A stretch of DNA of 64,000 nucleotides from an uncultured Pseudomonadales bacterium (GCA_964412775.1 CAYPPX010000001.1:141473-205472), one strand, 5' to 3'. Counted from the stretch's first letter, positions 18,593 through 29,183 are shown. The notes: a model not told the origin generated them from the sequence alone. A program made the numbers and translations.

Positions 18593-19716
18593 TGACAGTA
18601 ACCACTGCTAAACAACTTAGAGTTGCTTTGGTCCATGATTACTTGAGGGAGTTTGGTGGAGCTGAAAGAGTTTTGGAAGCTTTGCATAATTTGTATCCAG
18701 AAGCACCAGTCTATACGGCTTTTTTTGACCGAGTAGCTTTGGGCGTACATGCTGACCGATTTGCTGGTTGGGAGATTAGAGAAACTTGGCTCAGCAAAAT
18801 TCCAGGTTTCAAAAAACTCCACTCACCCTTGAGGTTTTTGGCACCTTGGGCGTTTGCTAGTTTGGATTTGAGTAACTATGATTTAGTGATTTCTTCATCG
18901 AATGCTTATTTTGCTAAAGCCGTCAAAGTACCAAATGGTAAACATATTTGTTATTGTCATACACCACCCAGGGTTTTGTATGGTTATTCAGCGATGAGTG
19001 ACTGGCAAAGTAACCTGCTGATGCGAGTGGCAGGTCAGTTTCTTAATCATTTTATGAGAGTGATTGATGTTAAGGTTTCTCGGGAAAGAGTGGATCAGTT
19101 CATTGCTAATTCTCAGGAAACTGCTAGCAGAATTAAGAAGTTTTATCGCTTGGCCTCAACTGTAGTTTATCCGCCAGTTGAACTAGCTGAAGTTGACTCA
19201 GCTAAAGTTGAAAAAGGTGATTATTTTTTATATGTTAACCGGTTGGCTTTGGCCAAACATCCAGAACTAGCAGTTGAGGTTTGTAGTAAATTGCAGCTAC
19301 CACTCAAGGTAGTTGGTACCGGTAAAATGTTGGCTAGCTTGCAAGCTATGGCTGGTCCAACAGTTGAGTTTTTGGGCGCGGTTGATGACCAACAATTAGC
19401 AAAACTTTATGCTGGAGCCAAAGCTTTACTGTATCCAGTCGAACACGAAGATTTTGGGATTGTCCCAGTTGAAGCGATGCTTTATGGCACACCAGTAATT
19501 GCTCATAACTCCGGTGGTCCCAAAGAAACAGTGATTAATGGTAAATCTGGAATAGTTTTTGATGATTTGACTGTAACTGGTTTGGAAACAGCTTTAACAG
19601 CATTTGCTAAACAAAAATTTTCTGCCACTGAGATTAAAACTTGGGCCAAAACTTTTAGTAAGACAGCTTTTAATCAAGGCATTAAAAAGTTAGTTGTGGC
19701 AACTTTAACAAAGTAG
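18592..19716 (+). CDS. GT4-type glycosyltransferase (GT-B fold)
   Basis: C-terminal EDFGIVPVEAMLYGTPVIA...GGPKE block. Overlaps the previous stop (TAATG). Confidence 0.75.
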   Translation: MTVTTAKQLRVALVHDYLREFGGAERVLEALHNLYPEAPVYTAFFDRVALGVHADRFAGWEIRETWLSKIPGFKKLHSPLRFLAPWAFASLDLSNYDLVISSSNAYFAKAVKVPNGKHICYCHTPPRVLYGYSAMSDWQSNLLMRVAGQFLNHFMRVIDVKVSRERVDQFIANSQETASRIKKFYRLASTVVYPPVELAEVDSAKVEKGDYFLYVNRLALAKHPELAVEVCSKLQLPLKVVGTGKMLASLQAMAGPTVEFLGAVDDQQLAKLYAGAKALLYPVEHEDFGIVPVEAMLYGTPVIAHNSGGPKETVINGKSGIVFDDLTVTGLETALTAFAKQKFSATEIKTWAKTFSKTAFNQGIKKLVVATLTK

Positions 19717-19731
19717 TTTTTTTCGCTTGCC

Positions 19732-19767
19732 CTTGACTTCCTAGCACTCAATCAGTATTATTGCTAA
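19732..19767 (+). promoter_or_regulatory. promoter (TTGACT-17-TATTAT) with a CIRCE-like half-site TAGCACTC-N9-TATTGCTAA, immediately upstream of hrcA
   Basis: Left arm identical to the CIRCE consensus, right arm partial. No SD sequence before the hrcA ATG, so the mRNA is possibly leaderless. Confidence 0.5.
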
Positions 19768-19770
19768 TAT

Positions 19771-20496
19771 ATGATCGATCTTGTTGCCCGTCAGATTCAA
19801 ATTTTACGCGCTATTATCGAGGAATTCATCGAGACAGCTAAACCAGTTGGTTCCGATACCATCGATAAGAAGTACAATATTGGTGTTTCTCCAGCTACTA
19901 TTCGTAATGAAATGGTTTACCTGACAAAACAAGGTTACTTACAAAAGTCTCACATTTCTGCTGGTAGAATTCCGACTCCCTTAGCTTTGCGCTTATACGT
20001 TAATGAGTTAATGAAAGAGAAAGAGTTATCAGTAGCTGATGAGGTGAGTGCTAAAGAAAAAATTTGGCGTCATCGTCAACAAACTGATGCTTTGCTTTAC
20101 GAAGCAGCCAAGTTATTAGCTGACAGAGCTGGTGCTGTTGGTTTAGCCATGTCTAGTACTGATAGTAGAATTTATCACTCTGGTTACGCAAATTTACTTA
20201 ATATGCCAGAGTTTTTTGATATTAGAGTGACTAGAAATGTTTTGAACTTAATTGAAGAAGTAGACCTGATTAAAGAAGTCTTTGGTTTGGGTCAAAGTGA
20301 GAACCCAATTCATTTGGTTTATGGCAAAGACTTGGGTAACAAAAGTTTAGATCCCATCAGTGTAATTTATATGGATGTTAATGCTGGTGGAACAGTTTGT
20401 AAGCTGGGAGTGCTTGGCTCACACCGTTTCGACTATCCTTACATTATTCCAATGATGAAATACTTTAAAGCTTTAATCGAGGAAATTGCTGGTTAA
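19771..20496 (+). CDS. hrcA: heat-inducible transcription repressor HrcA (short form)
   Basis: N-terminal wHTH: LxxRQIQILRAIIEEF...GSDTI...SPATIRNEM..L...GYL...HISAGRIPT. Confidence 0.8.
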   Translation: MIDLVARQIQILRAIIEEFIETAKPVGSDTIDKKYNIGVSPATIRNEMVYLTKQGYLQKSHISAGRIPTPLALRLYVNELMKEKELSVADEVSAKEKIWRHRQQTDALLYEAAKLLADRAGAVGLAMSSTDSRIYHSGYANLLNMPEFFDIRVTRNVLNLIEEVDLIKEVFGLGQSENPIHLVYGKDLGNKSLDPISVIYMDVNAGGTVCKLGVLGSHRFDYPYIIPMMKYFKALIEEIAG

Positions 20497-20587
20497 GGCG
20501 TTTTATCATGGGAGAAATGTCAGTTTAGTATGAGATAACCCCGTTAGGGGCTGGGGCATTTTTCCTAGTCAAAAACTAGAAAAATTT

Positions 20588-21028
20588 ATGAAGAAAACTA
20601 CTCAAGATCAAAAATTAGCCGCTAAAGTTTTGGAGTTGGAGCAGCAACTTCACCAAGCTCAAGAAAAAGAAAAAAGATCCTTAGCTGATTACCAAAATTT
20701 ACTGCGTAGAACTCAAGAAGAACGTCTAAAAAGTATCAAGCTAGCCAATCAGACTTTACTAGAAGAGTTAGTTCAACCTTTGGAACATTTAGAAATGGCG
20801 GCTGGTCAGTTAAATGATCCTGGTTTGAATATGGTATTGGGTCAACTAAAAAAAGTTTTAACTGAAGCTGGTTTGGCAGAGATTGAAGTGATGGGTAAAG
20901 AGTTTGATGTTAACTTGATGGAAGTGGTGGAAAAACAAGGTGAGGGTAATAAGGTAGCCCAAGTTGTTCGTAAGGGTTATCTACTTAATGGAGTGGTAAT
21001 TCAGCACGCCAAAGTAGTGTTAGCTTGA
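20588..21028 (+). CDS. grpE: nucleotide exchange factor GrpE (short)
   Basis: DYQNLLRRTQEE helix and C-terminal beta-domain GYLLNGVVIQHAKVV. Confidence 0.75.
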   Translation: MKKTTQDQKLAAKVLELEQQLHQAQEKEKRSLADYQNLLRRTQEERLKSIKLANQTLLEELVQPLEHLEMAAGQLNDPGLNMVLGQLKKVLTEAGLAEIEVMGKEFDVNLMEVVEKQGEGNKVAQVVRKGYLLNGVVIQHAKVVLA

Positions 21029-21051
21029 TAAGCAATATCCTATATTTATTG

Positions 21052-21092
21052 CTAGCAATCTATTGACTAGTTTGCTAAAATAGAGTATATAC
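21052..21092 (+). promoter_or_regulatory. promoter (TTGACT-17-TATATA) overlapping a CIRCE-like IR CTAGCAATC-N9-GTTTGCTAA, upstream of dnaK
   Basis: 9-nt spacer as in CIRCE. Also a 12-bp perfect palindrome ATTGCTAGCAAT at 21048-21059. Confidence 0.5.
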
Positions 21093-21145
21093 TTAATTAT
21101 TAGTAATTAAAAATTTAAAAAGCATAAAAATTTTAAGGAGGTAAT

Positions 21146-23071
21146 ATGGCAAATTCTGGAAAAATCATTGGTATTGATCTTGGGACTACTAACTCAGCAA
21201 TTGCAGTAATGGAAGGTAGTTCTCCCAAAATTATTGCGACCGCTGAAGGGCGTAATACTTTTCCATCGATTGTGGCTTTTAAAGGTGATGAAGTCATTGT
21301 GGGCGATGCAGCCAAACGCCAAATGGTGATGAATCCAACTTCTACCGTGCACTCAGTAAAACGTTTCATGGGTCGTAAAGAAAAAGACGCTGCAGTTAAA
21401 AATGCCTTAAAGCATATTGCTTATGAAGTGACTGGGGGCAAAGATGGGATGGCTGTAGTCAAGGTTAATGGTAAAAACTTTACTCCACAAGAAATTTCTG
21501 CCAAGGTTTTGGCTAAAGCTAAGGCTGATGCTGAAAGTTATTTGGGTGAAGCTGTGACTAGAGCGGTGATTACTGTGCCAGCTTATTTTGATGATTCTCA
21601 AAGACAAGCTACTAAACAAGCTGGTGAGATTGCCGGTCTGACTGTGGAGCGTATCGTTAATGAACCGACCGCTGCGGCTTTGGCTTACGGTTTAGATAAA
21701 AAAGGTAGTAAGACGATTGCTGTTTATGATTTAGGTGGTGGTACTTTTGATATCTCTATTTTAGAGATTGGTGATGGTGTTTTTGAAGTGAAATCCACCA
21801 ATGGTGATACCTTCTTGGGTGGTGATGACTTTGATAATGCGATTATTGAGTATGTTTTGGCTGAGTTCAAAAAAGAGCATGGTAAAGATCTTTCCCAAGA
21901 TCCTCAAGCGATGCAGCGAATCAAAGACAGTGCTGAGAAAGCTAAGATCGAACTATCATCTGCTCAGCAATCTGAGATTAATCAACCTTTTATTGCTCAA
22001 GGTGATGCTGGTCAAGCTTTACATTTAACTATGACTTTGACTAGAGCTAAGCTAGAAGAACTGGTTGATGATTTGATCAAAAGATCCTTTGAACCAGTAC
22101 GTAAAGCTTTGAAAGATGCCAAAATAGAACCAAAAGATATTGGTGACGTGGTTTTGGTCGGTGGTCAAACTCGTATGCCTAAGGTTCAAGAAGAAGTTAA
22201 AAAATTCTTTGGCAAAGAACCTCATAAGGGAGTTAATCCAGATGAAGTGGTGGCAATTGGCGCTGCGATTCAAGCTGGGGTAATTGGTGGAGATGTGACT
22301 GACGTGGTGTTACTTGATGTTACGCCACTAACCTTGGGTCTGGAGACTTTAGGTGGCATTCGTACTCCTTTAATCGAGAGAAATACTACGATTCCAACTA
22401 GTAAATCCCAAATCTTTTCGACAGCAGCAGACAATCAAACTCAAGTCGAGATTAACGTTTTACAAGGTGAAAGAGAGATGGCAGCTGATAATAAGAGTTT
22501 AGGTCGTTTTGTTTTGGATGGGATTCCACCAGCTCAACGCGGCATGCCTCAAATTGAAGTGACTTTTGATATTGATTCAAATGGTATTTTAAATGTTTCT
22601 GCAAAAGATAAGACTTCAGGTAAGGAACAAAAGATTACTATTCAAAACAGTACTAATCTTTCTGACGATGAAGTTGAAAAAATGAAGGCCGATGCTGAAA
22701 AACATGCCGAGGAAGATAAACGCAAAAAAGAATTAATTGAGGCCAAAAATAAAGCTACCAGTGTGGCTTTTGAGATGGAAAAACAACTCAAAGACTATGG
22801 TGACAAGTTGGAAACTAAGGATAAAGAAGCTTTAGCAGAAAACATCAAGAAACTCAAAGAAATGGCTGAAAAAGCAGATGTCTCCAAAGAAGATCTGGAT
22901 AAGGCGACTGAAGAAACCTTGAACTCAGCCCAAAAATTGGGTGAAGCAATGCAAAAAGCTCAAGCGGCAGAGGCTAATCAGGCAGCTGGTAAAGATGACA
23001 AAGGTAATAAAAAACCAGACAAAGCTGATGACAAAAAAGATGCAGAGGAAGGTGAAGTAGTAAACGAGTAA
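21146..23071 (+). CDS. dnaK: molecular chaperone DnaK (Hsp70)
   Basis: [17 protein letters not shown] and the remaining Hsp70 signature blocks. 641 aa. Confidence 0.97.
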   Translation: MANSGKIIGIDLGTTNSAIAVMEGSSPKIIATAEGRNTFPSIVAFKGDEVIVGDAAKRQMVMNPTSTVHSVKRFMGRKEKDAAVKNALKHIAYEVTGGKDGMAVVKVNGKNFTPQEISAKVLAKAKADAESYLGEAVTRAVITVPAYFDDSQRQATKQAGEIAGLTVERIVNEPTAAALAYGLDKKGSKTIAVYDLGGGTFDISILEIGDGVFEVKSTNGDTFLGGDDFDNAIIEYVLAEFKKEHGKDLSQDPQAMQRIKDSAEKAKIELSSAQQSEINQPFIAQGDAGQALHLTMTLTRAKLEELVDDLIKRSFEPVRKALKDAKIEPKDIGDVVLVGGQTRMPKVQEEVKKFFGKEPHKGVNPDEVVAIGAAIQAGVIGGDVTDVVLLDVTPLTLGLETLGGIRTPLIERNTTIPTSKSQIFSTAADNQTQVEINVLQGEREMAADNKSLGRFVLDGIPPAQRGMPQIEVTFDIDSNGILNVSAKDKTSGKEQKITIQNSTNLSDDEVEKMKADAEKHAEEDKRKKELIEAKNKATSVAFEMEKQLKDYGDKLETKDKEALAENIKKLKEMAEKADVSKEDLDKATEETLNSAQKLGEAMQKAQAAEANQAAGKDDKGNKKPDKADDKKDAEEGEVVNE

Positions 23072-23099
23072 CCAATTTTAGTTTACGAAAACAAAATGG

Positions 23100-23128
23100 A
23101 AGGCCCCGTGACTAACGGGGCCTTTTTT
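23100..23128 (+). terminator. rho-independent terminator after dnaK
   Basis: GGCCCCGT-gactaa-ACGGGGCC followed by T6. Confidence 0.75.
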
Positions 23129-23183
23129 GGATATTTAAAATTCCCTCACAAAAAATTTAAAAAAATTGATATGCTCAAGGGCG

Positions 23184-23876
23184 ATGAAACTTTCTGTCAT
23201 TGTGCCAGTCTATAACGAAGAAGCGACTATCTCAGAGATTTTGAAAAGATTAGTGGCCGTAACAGTTGTAAAAGAAGTGATTTTAGTAAATGACGGTAGC
23301 ACTGACCAAACAGATCAAAAAATTAAGAAATTTCTTAACTCCAAACAAAAGGGTATTAAAAAAATTTCCTATTTTAAAAAAGAAAATGGTGGTAAAGGTA
23401 CTGCTATTCGCTATGGTTTGAGTAAAGTTACTGGTGATTACACTTTAATTCAAGATGCTGATTTGGAATATGATCCAGATGATATTCCCGCTTTGACAGA
23501 GCATATTGTCAAAGGTAGAGTGGATGTGGTTTATGGCTCACGTTTTATTGGGCCACATTCCAATTTACTTTTTTGGCATCGGTTGGGTAATAGTTTGTTA
23601 AATTTTTTGGTGAATATTTTGTACGATACGACTTTGACTGATATGGAAACTTGTTACAAAATTTTACCTACCAAGCTTTTTCGTGAGTTGGATATTCAAT
23701 CTAATAAATTCGATATGGAACCAGAAATTACTTGTAAACTTTTAAAACGTGGTGTGAAGATTTTTGAAGTGCCGATTACTTATGTGGGGCGTGATTTTAC
23801 TGAGGGTAAAAAAATCTCGTGGCGTGATGGCATTGATGCCTTACGAGTGATTTTTGGGCTGAGAATTTTGCCATAA
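23184..23876 (+). CDS. GT2-family polyprenol-phosphate glycosyltransferase (DPM1/GtrB/CsbB-like)
   Basis: LSVIVPVYNEE...VILVNDGSTD...QDADLEYDP (DxD) blocks. ATG at 23184 with RBS. The ORF track starts at the TTG at 23166. Confidence 0.75.
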   Translation: MKLSVIVPVYNEEATISEILKRLVAVTVVKEVILVNDGSTDQTDQKIKKFLNSKQKGIKKISYFKKENGGKGTAIRYGLSKVTGDYTLIQDADLEYDPDDIPALTEHIVKGRVDVVYGSRFIGPHSNLLFWHRLGNSLLNFLVNILYDTTLTDMETCYKILPTKLFRELDIQSNKFDMEPEITCKLLKRGVKIFEVPITYVGRDFTEGKKISWRDGIDALRVIFGLRILP

Positions 23877-23902
23877 GTTAAAACTAAATTGGGAATAAAT
23901 TT

Positions 23903-26287
23903 ATGGTTGTTGATTGGTCAAAGTTAAAGAAATTTTTTAATCAGGAAAACAAAACTTTTTGGTTATTTTTCTTAGTATTTATAGTCATCAGATTTTTACC
24001 CTTTATATTCGGTAAAACTCTAGTTTTTGGCGACAATTATTCATTAATGGTGCCTGGTAAAATTTTTACCGCTGAGTGGTTAAAACAAGGAGTTTTTCCA
24101 GCTTGGAATCCCTATGTTTTTAGTGGTATGCCGTGGGTAGCAGACATCAATCAATCAGTGTTTTATCCCAGTACATTGTTATTTATGATTTTTTCACCAA
24201 CTGTAGCTTTGAACTTACTCTTAATCAGTCACGCTTTAATTGCTTATAGTGGGATGTATTTATTAGCAAAAAAATGGTTCAAGGATCAATGGTTGGCATT
24301 ATTGGCTGGTGGTTTATGGATGTTCTCCACCCAAGTTAGTGGCAGTATGAACAACTTTTCAACGCTTCAATCGATTGTCTGGTTACCTTTGCTGTCATAT
24401 TTGGGGTTGGGTTTAGTAAGAGCAGCGAAACAACGAATTTGGTTTGCAATGGTAGTGGCTTTGCAGTTTTTGGGTGGTTACCCACAACACGTGTTGTATG
24501 GCATTGGTTTGGCAGTGTTGTTATCGGTTTTTACAGAAGTTAAAGCTAAAGGTTTTAAGTTATTTAATTGGTTTAATGCTTGGTTTAGCACGGCAATTTT
24601 AGTTTTACTAATTTCAGCTGTTGCTTGGTTGCCTTTTGTGGAGATGTTGTTGAATTCTACTAGAATGGAACAAACAGCCGAGCAAGCACTAGTTGGTTCA
24701 TTGAATCCAGCTATGTTGATCAAGTTTTTCTTAGCTTACTTTTTTGATAACCCAGCAAGTGGGATGAAGTGGGGGCCAGCTTGGAACGGGCAACCTAATG
24801 TAGGGATTTATGTGACGTGGTTGGGTTGGTTGGCGATTGGAATAACTTTTTTGCAAAGTTCATTTGAGTCAAAAAGTTGGCGCCAAAAACCTAATCGTGA
24901 AACAGTTCTATTTTTTGTTTTTACTATTGCTACTTTAGTTTTTTCATTGGGTGAATATTTACCAGGATTTAATTTTATTCAACAAGTTTTTCCATTATTT
25001 AGAATTGCTCGTTATCCCAGCATGGTAATGATTTTGACTAATGTGGTTTTAATTTTATGGACAGTGAAAGCATTGCAAAATTGGCAAATAACTAAACAGC
25101 AATTTAAAGTTTTTTTGAGTTTAGGTTTAACTAGTTTATTAGTTAGCTTGGTGGGCTTGGTGGTGTCGATTTTTGGCTTTGATTGGTTATGGAAAGCAGT
25201 AGACAGTTTCGTTTCTTTTTCGCTTTCAGCTAGTCCCTTTCACACCTTGGAACGAGACAAAATTATTGTATTCGAAATATTAAGAAATATCTTATTTAAC
25301 AGTATTTTTTTCATTGCATCTTTATTATTTTTTTACCAAAAGAAAATCCGAATAGTGGTGATGATCTTAGTCTTGGAAATTTTAGTGAATACCCAAGGAA
25401 TGTTTTATTTTGCACCCAGCCAAATCTATGACACTTTGACAGTAAACTCACAACAATTAATGGCACAAATAGACTTAAAAAAAACCACTAATGACTACCG
25501 AATTTTAACGCGTAATGTGAATCACCCTTATACCGATTATGGTTCATATTGGGAAGCGATGGTGGTGCGTCAGCCGTTCTCTGATTCTTTTGTCGATGAC
25601 CAGGAACTAAAAGAATTTAACCATGTACAAAACTTGCGCGATGGCATGACTCCTAATTGGAACATGGTCTTTGGGGTGCCGACAGTTCATGGTTACACTA
25701 CGCTGCTACCCAAAGATTACGCTCAGTTGTGGCAAACTTCAGCCAGTCCCAGAATTAACTTTATTGATCAAGTGGAACCCACTAATGAGTTGTTAGATCA
25801 CTGGGCAGTCAAATATTATTTAGTTGATCGTTGGTTTGAGGTTGATGAAGATTTAAGTGAATTTAAGCAGGTTGGGACAGTGGGAAAAGTGGAGTTTATT
25901 GGTGGCTCTGGGGAAGTTGAGAACGAGCATCGTTGGCAGATTTTAGAGCGACCAAATGCCTTACCAAGGTTGAGATTTGAAGATGATAGTAATGAGGGTA
26001 TTGAAATTGTTAAGGAAAATCCTAGGAGAGTAGATTTAAAGATTATAAATAATGGTCATGAGTACTTAGTGATGGCTGATCGTTATGATCGTGATTGGCG
26101 GGTGTTTGTTAATGGTAAAGAACAAACAATAGAAAACTTTAATGGGATGAGAAGAGTGGAGTTGGTCAGTGGTGAAAATATTGTTGTTTTTTCATACTGT
26201 CCCAGAATGTTTGTGTTAGGGTTGGTAGTTAGTGGTTTGACAGTTATTGGTGTTAGTTGGTGGTTACTCAGAAATAGATCTAAATAG
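23903..26287 (+). CDS. large polytopic membrane protein, YfhO-like GT-C glycosyltransferase candidate
   Basis: 794 aa. More than 10 TM helices in the N-terminal approx 500 aa, then a large C-terminal extracytoplasmic domain and a final TM. This architecture and the GT2 neighbour match the CsbB/YfhO pairing. Confidence 0.45.
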   Translation: MVVDWSKLKKFFNQENKTFWLFFLVFIVIRFLPFIFGKTLVFGDNYSLMVPGKIFTAEWLKQGVFPAWNPYVFSGMPWVADINQSVFYPSTLLFMIFSPTVALNLLLISHALIAYSGMYLLAKKWFKDQWLALLAGGLWMFSTQVSGSMNNFSTLQSIVWLPLLSYLGLGLVRAAKQRIWFAMVVALQFLGGYPQHVLYGIGLAVLLSVFTEVKAKGFKLFNWFNAWFSTAILVLLISAVAWLPFVEMLLNSTRMEQTAEQALVGSLNPAMLIKFFLAYFFDNPASGMKWGPAWNGQPNVGIYVTWLGWLAIGITFLQSSFESKSWRQKPNRETVLFFVFTIATLVFSLGEYLPGFNFIQQVFPLFRIARYPSMVMILTNVVLILWTVKALQNWQITKQQFKVFLSLGLTSLLVSLVGLVVSIFGFDWLWKAVDSFVSFSLSASPFHTLERDKIIVFEILRNILFNSIFFIASLLFFYQKKIRIVVMILVLEILVNTQGMFYFAPSQIYDTLTVNSQQLMAQIDLKKTTNDYRILTRNVNHPYTDYGSYWEAMVVRQPFSDSFVDDQELKEFNHVQNLRDGMTPNWNMVFGVPTVHGYTTLLPKDYAQLWQTSASPRINFIDQVEPTNELLDHWAVKYYLVDRWFEVDEDLSEFKQVGTVGKVEFIGGSGEVENEHRWQILERPNALPRLRFEDDSNEGIEIVKENPRRVDLKIINNGHEYLVMADRYDRDWRVFVNGKEQTIENFNGMRRVELVSGENIVVFSYCPRMFVLGLVVSGLTVIGVSWWLLRNRSK

Positions 26288-26342
26288 TAGTAGTTTGATT
26301 AGTTGAAACTAGGGTGGTTTTCCTGAATAATGGTTAGTCAAT

Positions 26343-28001
26343 ATGTGGAAAAAACTATTGTTGTTTTTGGTATTTTTTGTGGCTTTGACTAGTAGTGCTT
26401 GGGCATGGTCGATTAATGATACTCCTGTGTCTTATGGTGAATTTGTGACAACTAATAACTATGGGCAAGTTGTAGTTGACAGCGATGGTAATGTTTATGT
26501 GGCCACAGGTTCAGTGGGGATTAGAAAGTATGATTCGAGTGGGAGTTTGTTAACTACTTTTTCTGGTTCTAATGCTGCTTTTGGAGTCACTATCGATCCA
26601 GATGGTAATATTTTAGTAGCTGATACCAACTCCACAATAGGCTCTATCCCAGGGGTAAAAAAGTACGATTCAGCTGGCAATGCCATTGATATTTCTGGTA
26701 CTGATCTGGGTGGGACTGCTTACTTTGCCTTTGCTTATGGTATTGATACTGATAGTAGTGGCAATGTGTATGTGAGTGATATTACTAGTAATGAAGTTTA
26801 TAAATTTAACTCTAGTGGAGCTTATGTAGCGACAATTGTTGGTAACGGTGGTAGTTTTGATAGTCCACAAATGGTAGCTGTAGATAACTCAGATAATTTA
26901 TATGTTTTAGATTCTAATAATGACCGGATTCAAAAATTTACTGCTGATGGCACTTTTTCATTGGAAGTGACTAATTTGACTACTGGTAACTACCCAGAAT
27001 CATTTACGGTTGATGGAGATGGCAATATGTATGTTTCAGATAGTGACAAAATTAGAATTTTTAATGCAGCTGGTACTTGGGTTCAGGATATTGATGAAAC
27101 AGCTTTTAGTTTGGCTGATGGGGCTGCTTACTTTGTAGGGTTGGGTTTTAGTAATGATGGAATCTTATATGTTGGTGATTATAATAATAAGATTTTTAAA
27201 GCCAACTTTGATCGTACTCCGGCTACTGTTTCTACTCCGAACTTGCCTGGTAATGAAACCACAGATACTACGCCAATTTTTACTGGTACAGTGACCGATA
27301 GTTTATCGATAGTTACAGGAGTGGAGTTTTCGGTTGATGGTGGTGGCTATACTGCTTGTACTGCTGATGATGGAGCTTTTGATGAAACTTCAGAAGCTTA
27401 CACTTGTACGGTTTCAACTCCCCTCAGTGCTGGTTCTCACACGATTACAATTAGGTCTACAGATGATTATGACCATACCAACAGTGGTGACACTTTGGCG
27501 AGTTACACTTTTAGTGTGACTAGTACTACTACTGAAAATGTCGCTTCATCAGGATTTACTCCTCCTGATAAACCAGCGGCCTGCAATGATTTTAAGCCAA
27601 ATGTCGCTCCAGATTTATTTAGAATTGATATGAATGGTTCTCAGGCTACTTTATATTACTCACCTTTGAATGATAGTGATAATTATGTGATTTGGTATTC
27701 AGAAGATCCCAACATTGATCAACACAGTGTGATGACCTACCAAGGTAAATCTACCGGGGTGCTTTATTACACTATTAATGATCTCAAGCCAAATACAACT
27801 TATTACTTCAAAGTTCGTGGCCAAAATGGTTGTATGCCAGGAGACTGGAGTGAGCAATTAACGATTACGACTAAGAGTAAAAATATCAGTCTTTTTAGTA
27901 TTTTTGAAAAATATAATCCAAAGAAAGTTTTAGCCACAGTCAGACAAGTGGTCAAAGAAACCGTTAATCCAATGGTGTTGGAAACTGAAGTAACTCAATA
28001 A
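26343..28001 (+). CDS. secreted NHL-repeat beta-propeller protein with Ig-like and fibronectin-III-like C-terminal domains
   Basis: Signal peptide. Repeated blocks of the form D..GN.YV.D..N.RI.KF. A Big-like domain and an FN3-like tail (TYYFKVRGQNGCMPGDWS). Confidence 0.6.
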   Translation: MWKKLLLFLVFFVALTSSAWAWSINDTPVSYGEFVTTNNYGQVVVDSDGNVYVATGSVGIRKYDSSGSLLTTFSGSNAAFGVTIDPDGNILVADTNSTIGSIPGVKKYDSAGNAIDISGTDLGGTAYFAFAYGIDTDSSGNVYVSDITSNEVYKFNSSGAYVATIVGNGGSFDSPQMVAVDNSDNLYVLDSNNDRIQKFTADGTFSLEVTNLTTGNYPESFTVDGDGNMYVSDSDKIRIFNAAGTWVQDIDETAFSLADGAAYFVGLGFSNDGILYVGDYNNKIFKANFDRTPATVSTPNLPGNETTDTTPIFTGTVTDSLSIVTGVEFSVDGGGYTACTADDGAFDETSEAYTCTVSTPLSAGSHTITIRSTDDYDHTNSGDTLASYTFSVTSTTTENVASSGFTPPDKPAACNDFKPNVAPDLFRIDMNGSQATLYYSPLNDSDNYVIWYSEDPNIDQHSVMTYQGKSTGVLYYTINDLKPNTTYYFKVRGQNGCMPGDWSEQLTITTKSKNISLFSIFEKYNPKKVLATVRQVVKETVNPMVLETEVTQ

Positions 28002-28279
28002 AGTGAATTTGGTATACTGGCACTTAGCTAAATGATCGAAGAAGAATCATTAAATTTATTTCCAGATGAAGTGAAAAAAGCTTTAGATAGCCACGAGATG
28101 GTGGTTTTTTTGTTGGGCTTGTAACCAAGTCTTATATGAAGCCGATAAAATTGATGCTGTTACTAGCCGAGTGGCTTATGAGTCTGCTGTGGGGCATGAA
28201 GATGCTTATACGACTGAAGACCATCAGACAGATGTGTTCCGAAAAGGGGATGAGTTGGTAAATTAGGGATTAAAACGAA

Positions 28280-28307
28280 TTGAGGCGCTCCTTGCGGAGC
28301 GCCTCAA
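28280..28307. terminator. strong GC hairpin (bidirectional terminator-like) at the left edge of the GC-rich island
   Basis: TTGAGGCGCTCC-TTGC-GGAGCGCCTCAA, a perfect 12-bp stem. Confidence 0.55.
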
Positions 28308-28330
28308 AACACTTAATTAATACTTGAACC

Positions 28331-28705
28331 TTATGGGTGGGTAGGCGCCGCGGTTAACTGTTGAAAGTCAAAAATCGCTGGCACCATCCACCTCCAGCCG
28401 AAGAAACCGATTCGTCGCCCACGGGCCTGGAAGGCGATTTGGCTGTTTTCCATCATCCGGTCCCAGTGTAGGGTACCCCAGAAGACGGTATACACACGCG
28501 TGTCTGTGAACTGGACATAGTACGTGTGTGTCGTTGTACAGCCATCATCATCACAACTGGTGTTGGTTTCAACCCATTTACTGGAAATCCAACCGGTGCC
28601 ACTGGCATCAGCAGAATAGAACCAGATCATGAAAATCACCGCAACCACCAGCATTACAATGTAGACAACCGTATTGGTGTCACTACTGGAGGATCGATAA
28701 CGCAT
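28331..28705 (-). CDS. hypothetical membrane-anchored protein (foreign composition)
   Basis: 124 aa. N-terminal TM helix, then a Trp/Tyr-rich extracytoplasmic domain with a CDDDGC motif. Strong RBS GGAGGG. Its ATG lies 1 nt after the upstream stop. About 50% GC. Confidence 0.5.
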   Translation of the reverse strand: MRYRSSSSDTNTVVYIVMLVVAVIFMIWFYSADASGTGWISSKWVETNTSCDDDGCTTTHTYYVQFTDTRVYTVFWGTLHWDRMMENSQIAFQARGRRIGFFGWRWMVPAIFDFQQLTAAPTHP

Positions 28706-28706
28706 G

Positions 28707-29183
28707 TTACCCTCCAGCTTGTTGGTGATGTTTCTCGTTGGGAATGGCTGTCTTCCAGGCTAAGAAATAGCCCAAGCCGGTGACAAGGGTGCCCCAAATG
28801 AAGAACAGGGTCTTTGGGGGAACCATCAGCAAGAATGAGTTGATAGTCTGGCTGAAGGGCAGAACAACCAGTTGGGTTGCCAACACCACTTGGGTGGCGA
28901 AGGTTGTTGCCAGGACGCCCATGACGACTGAAGTCAGTAATCCAAAGCGAAGGTGGCTTTGAGAGCTCATCTCAACCTTGTATTCGTACTTGTCATCGAA
29001 GTAGTCCAAGATTAACGCCACGGCATATCCGAAGATGGCCGGGGCGGCAATCACCAGAAGGACTACCAGGATCTTGCTAGTGAAATCAACGAGCGACAGC
29101 CCCATGATGGCGAAACCGATTAGGTTTGCCAACAGTTCGAACTGGCGATTGGACAGCTTTTGTAAAAAGGTTTTGTTTTGCAT
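28707..29183 (-). CDS. hypothetical 4-TM membrane protein (foreign composition)
   Basis: 158 aa with four hydrophobic helices. RBS GGAGAAA. About 50% GC with GC-ending codons. Confidence 0.5.
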   Translation of the reverse strand: MQNKTFLQKLSNRQFELLANLIGFAIMGLSLVDFTSKILVVLLVIAAPAIFGYAVALILDYFDDKYEYKVEMSSQSHLRFGLLTSVVMGVLATTFATQVVLATQLVVLPFSQTINSFLLMVPPKTLFFIWGTLVTGLGYFLAWKTAIPNEKHHQQAGG

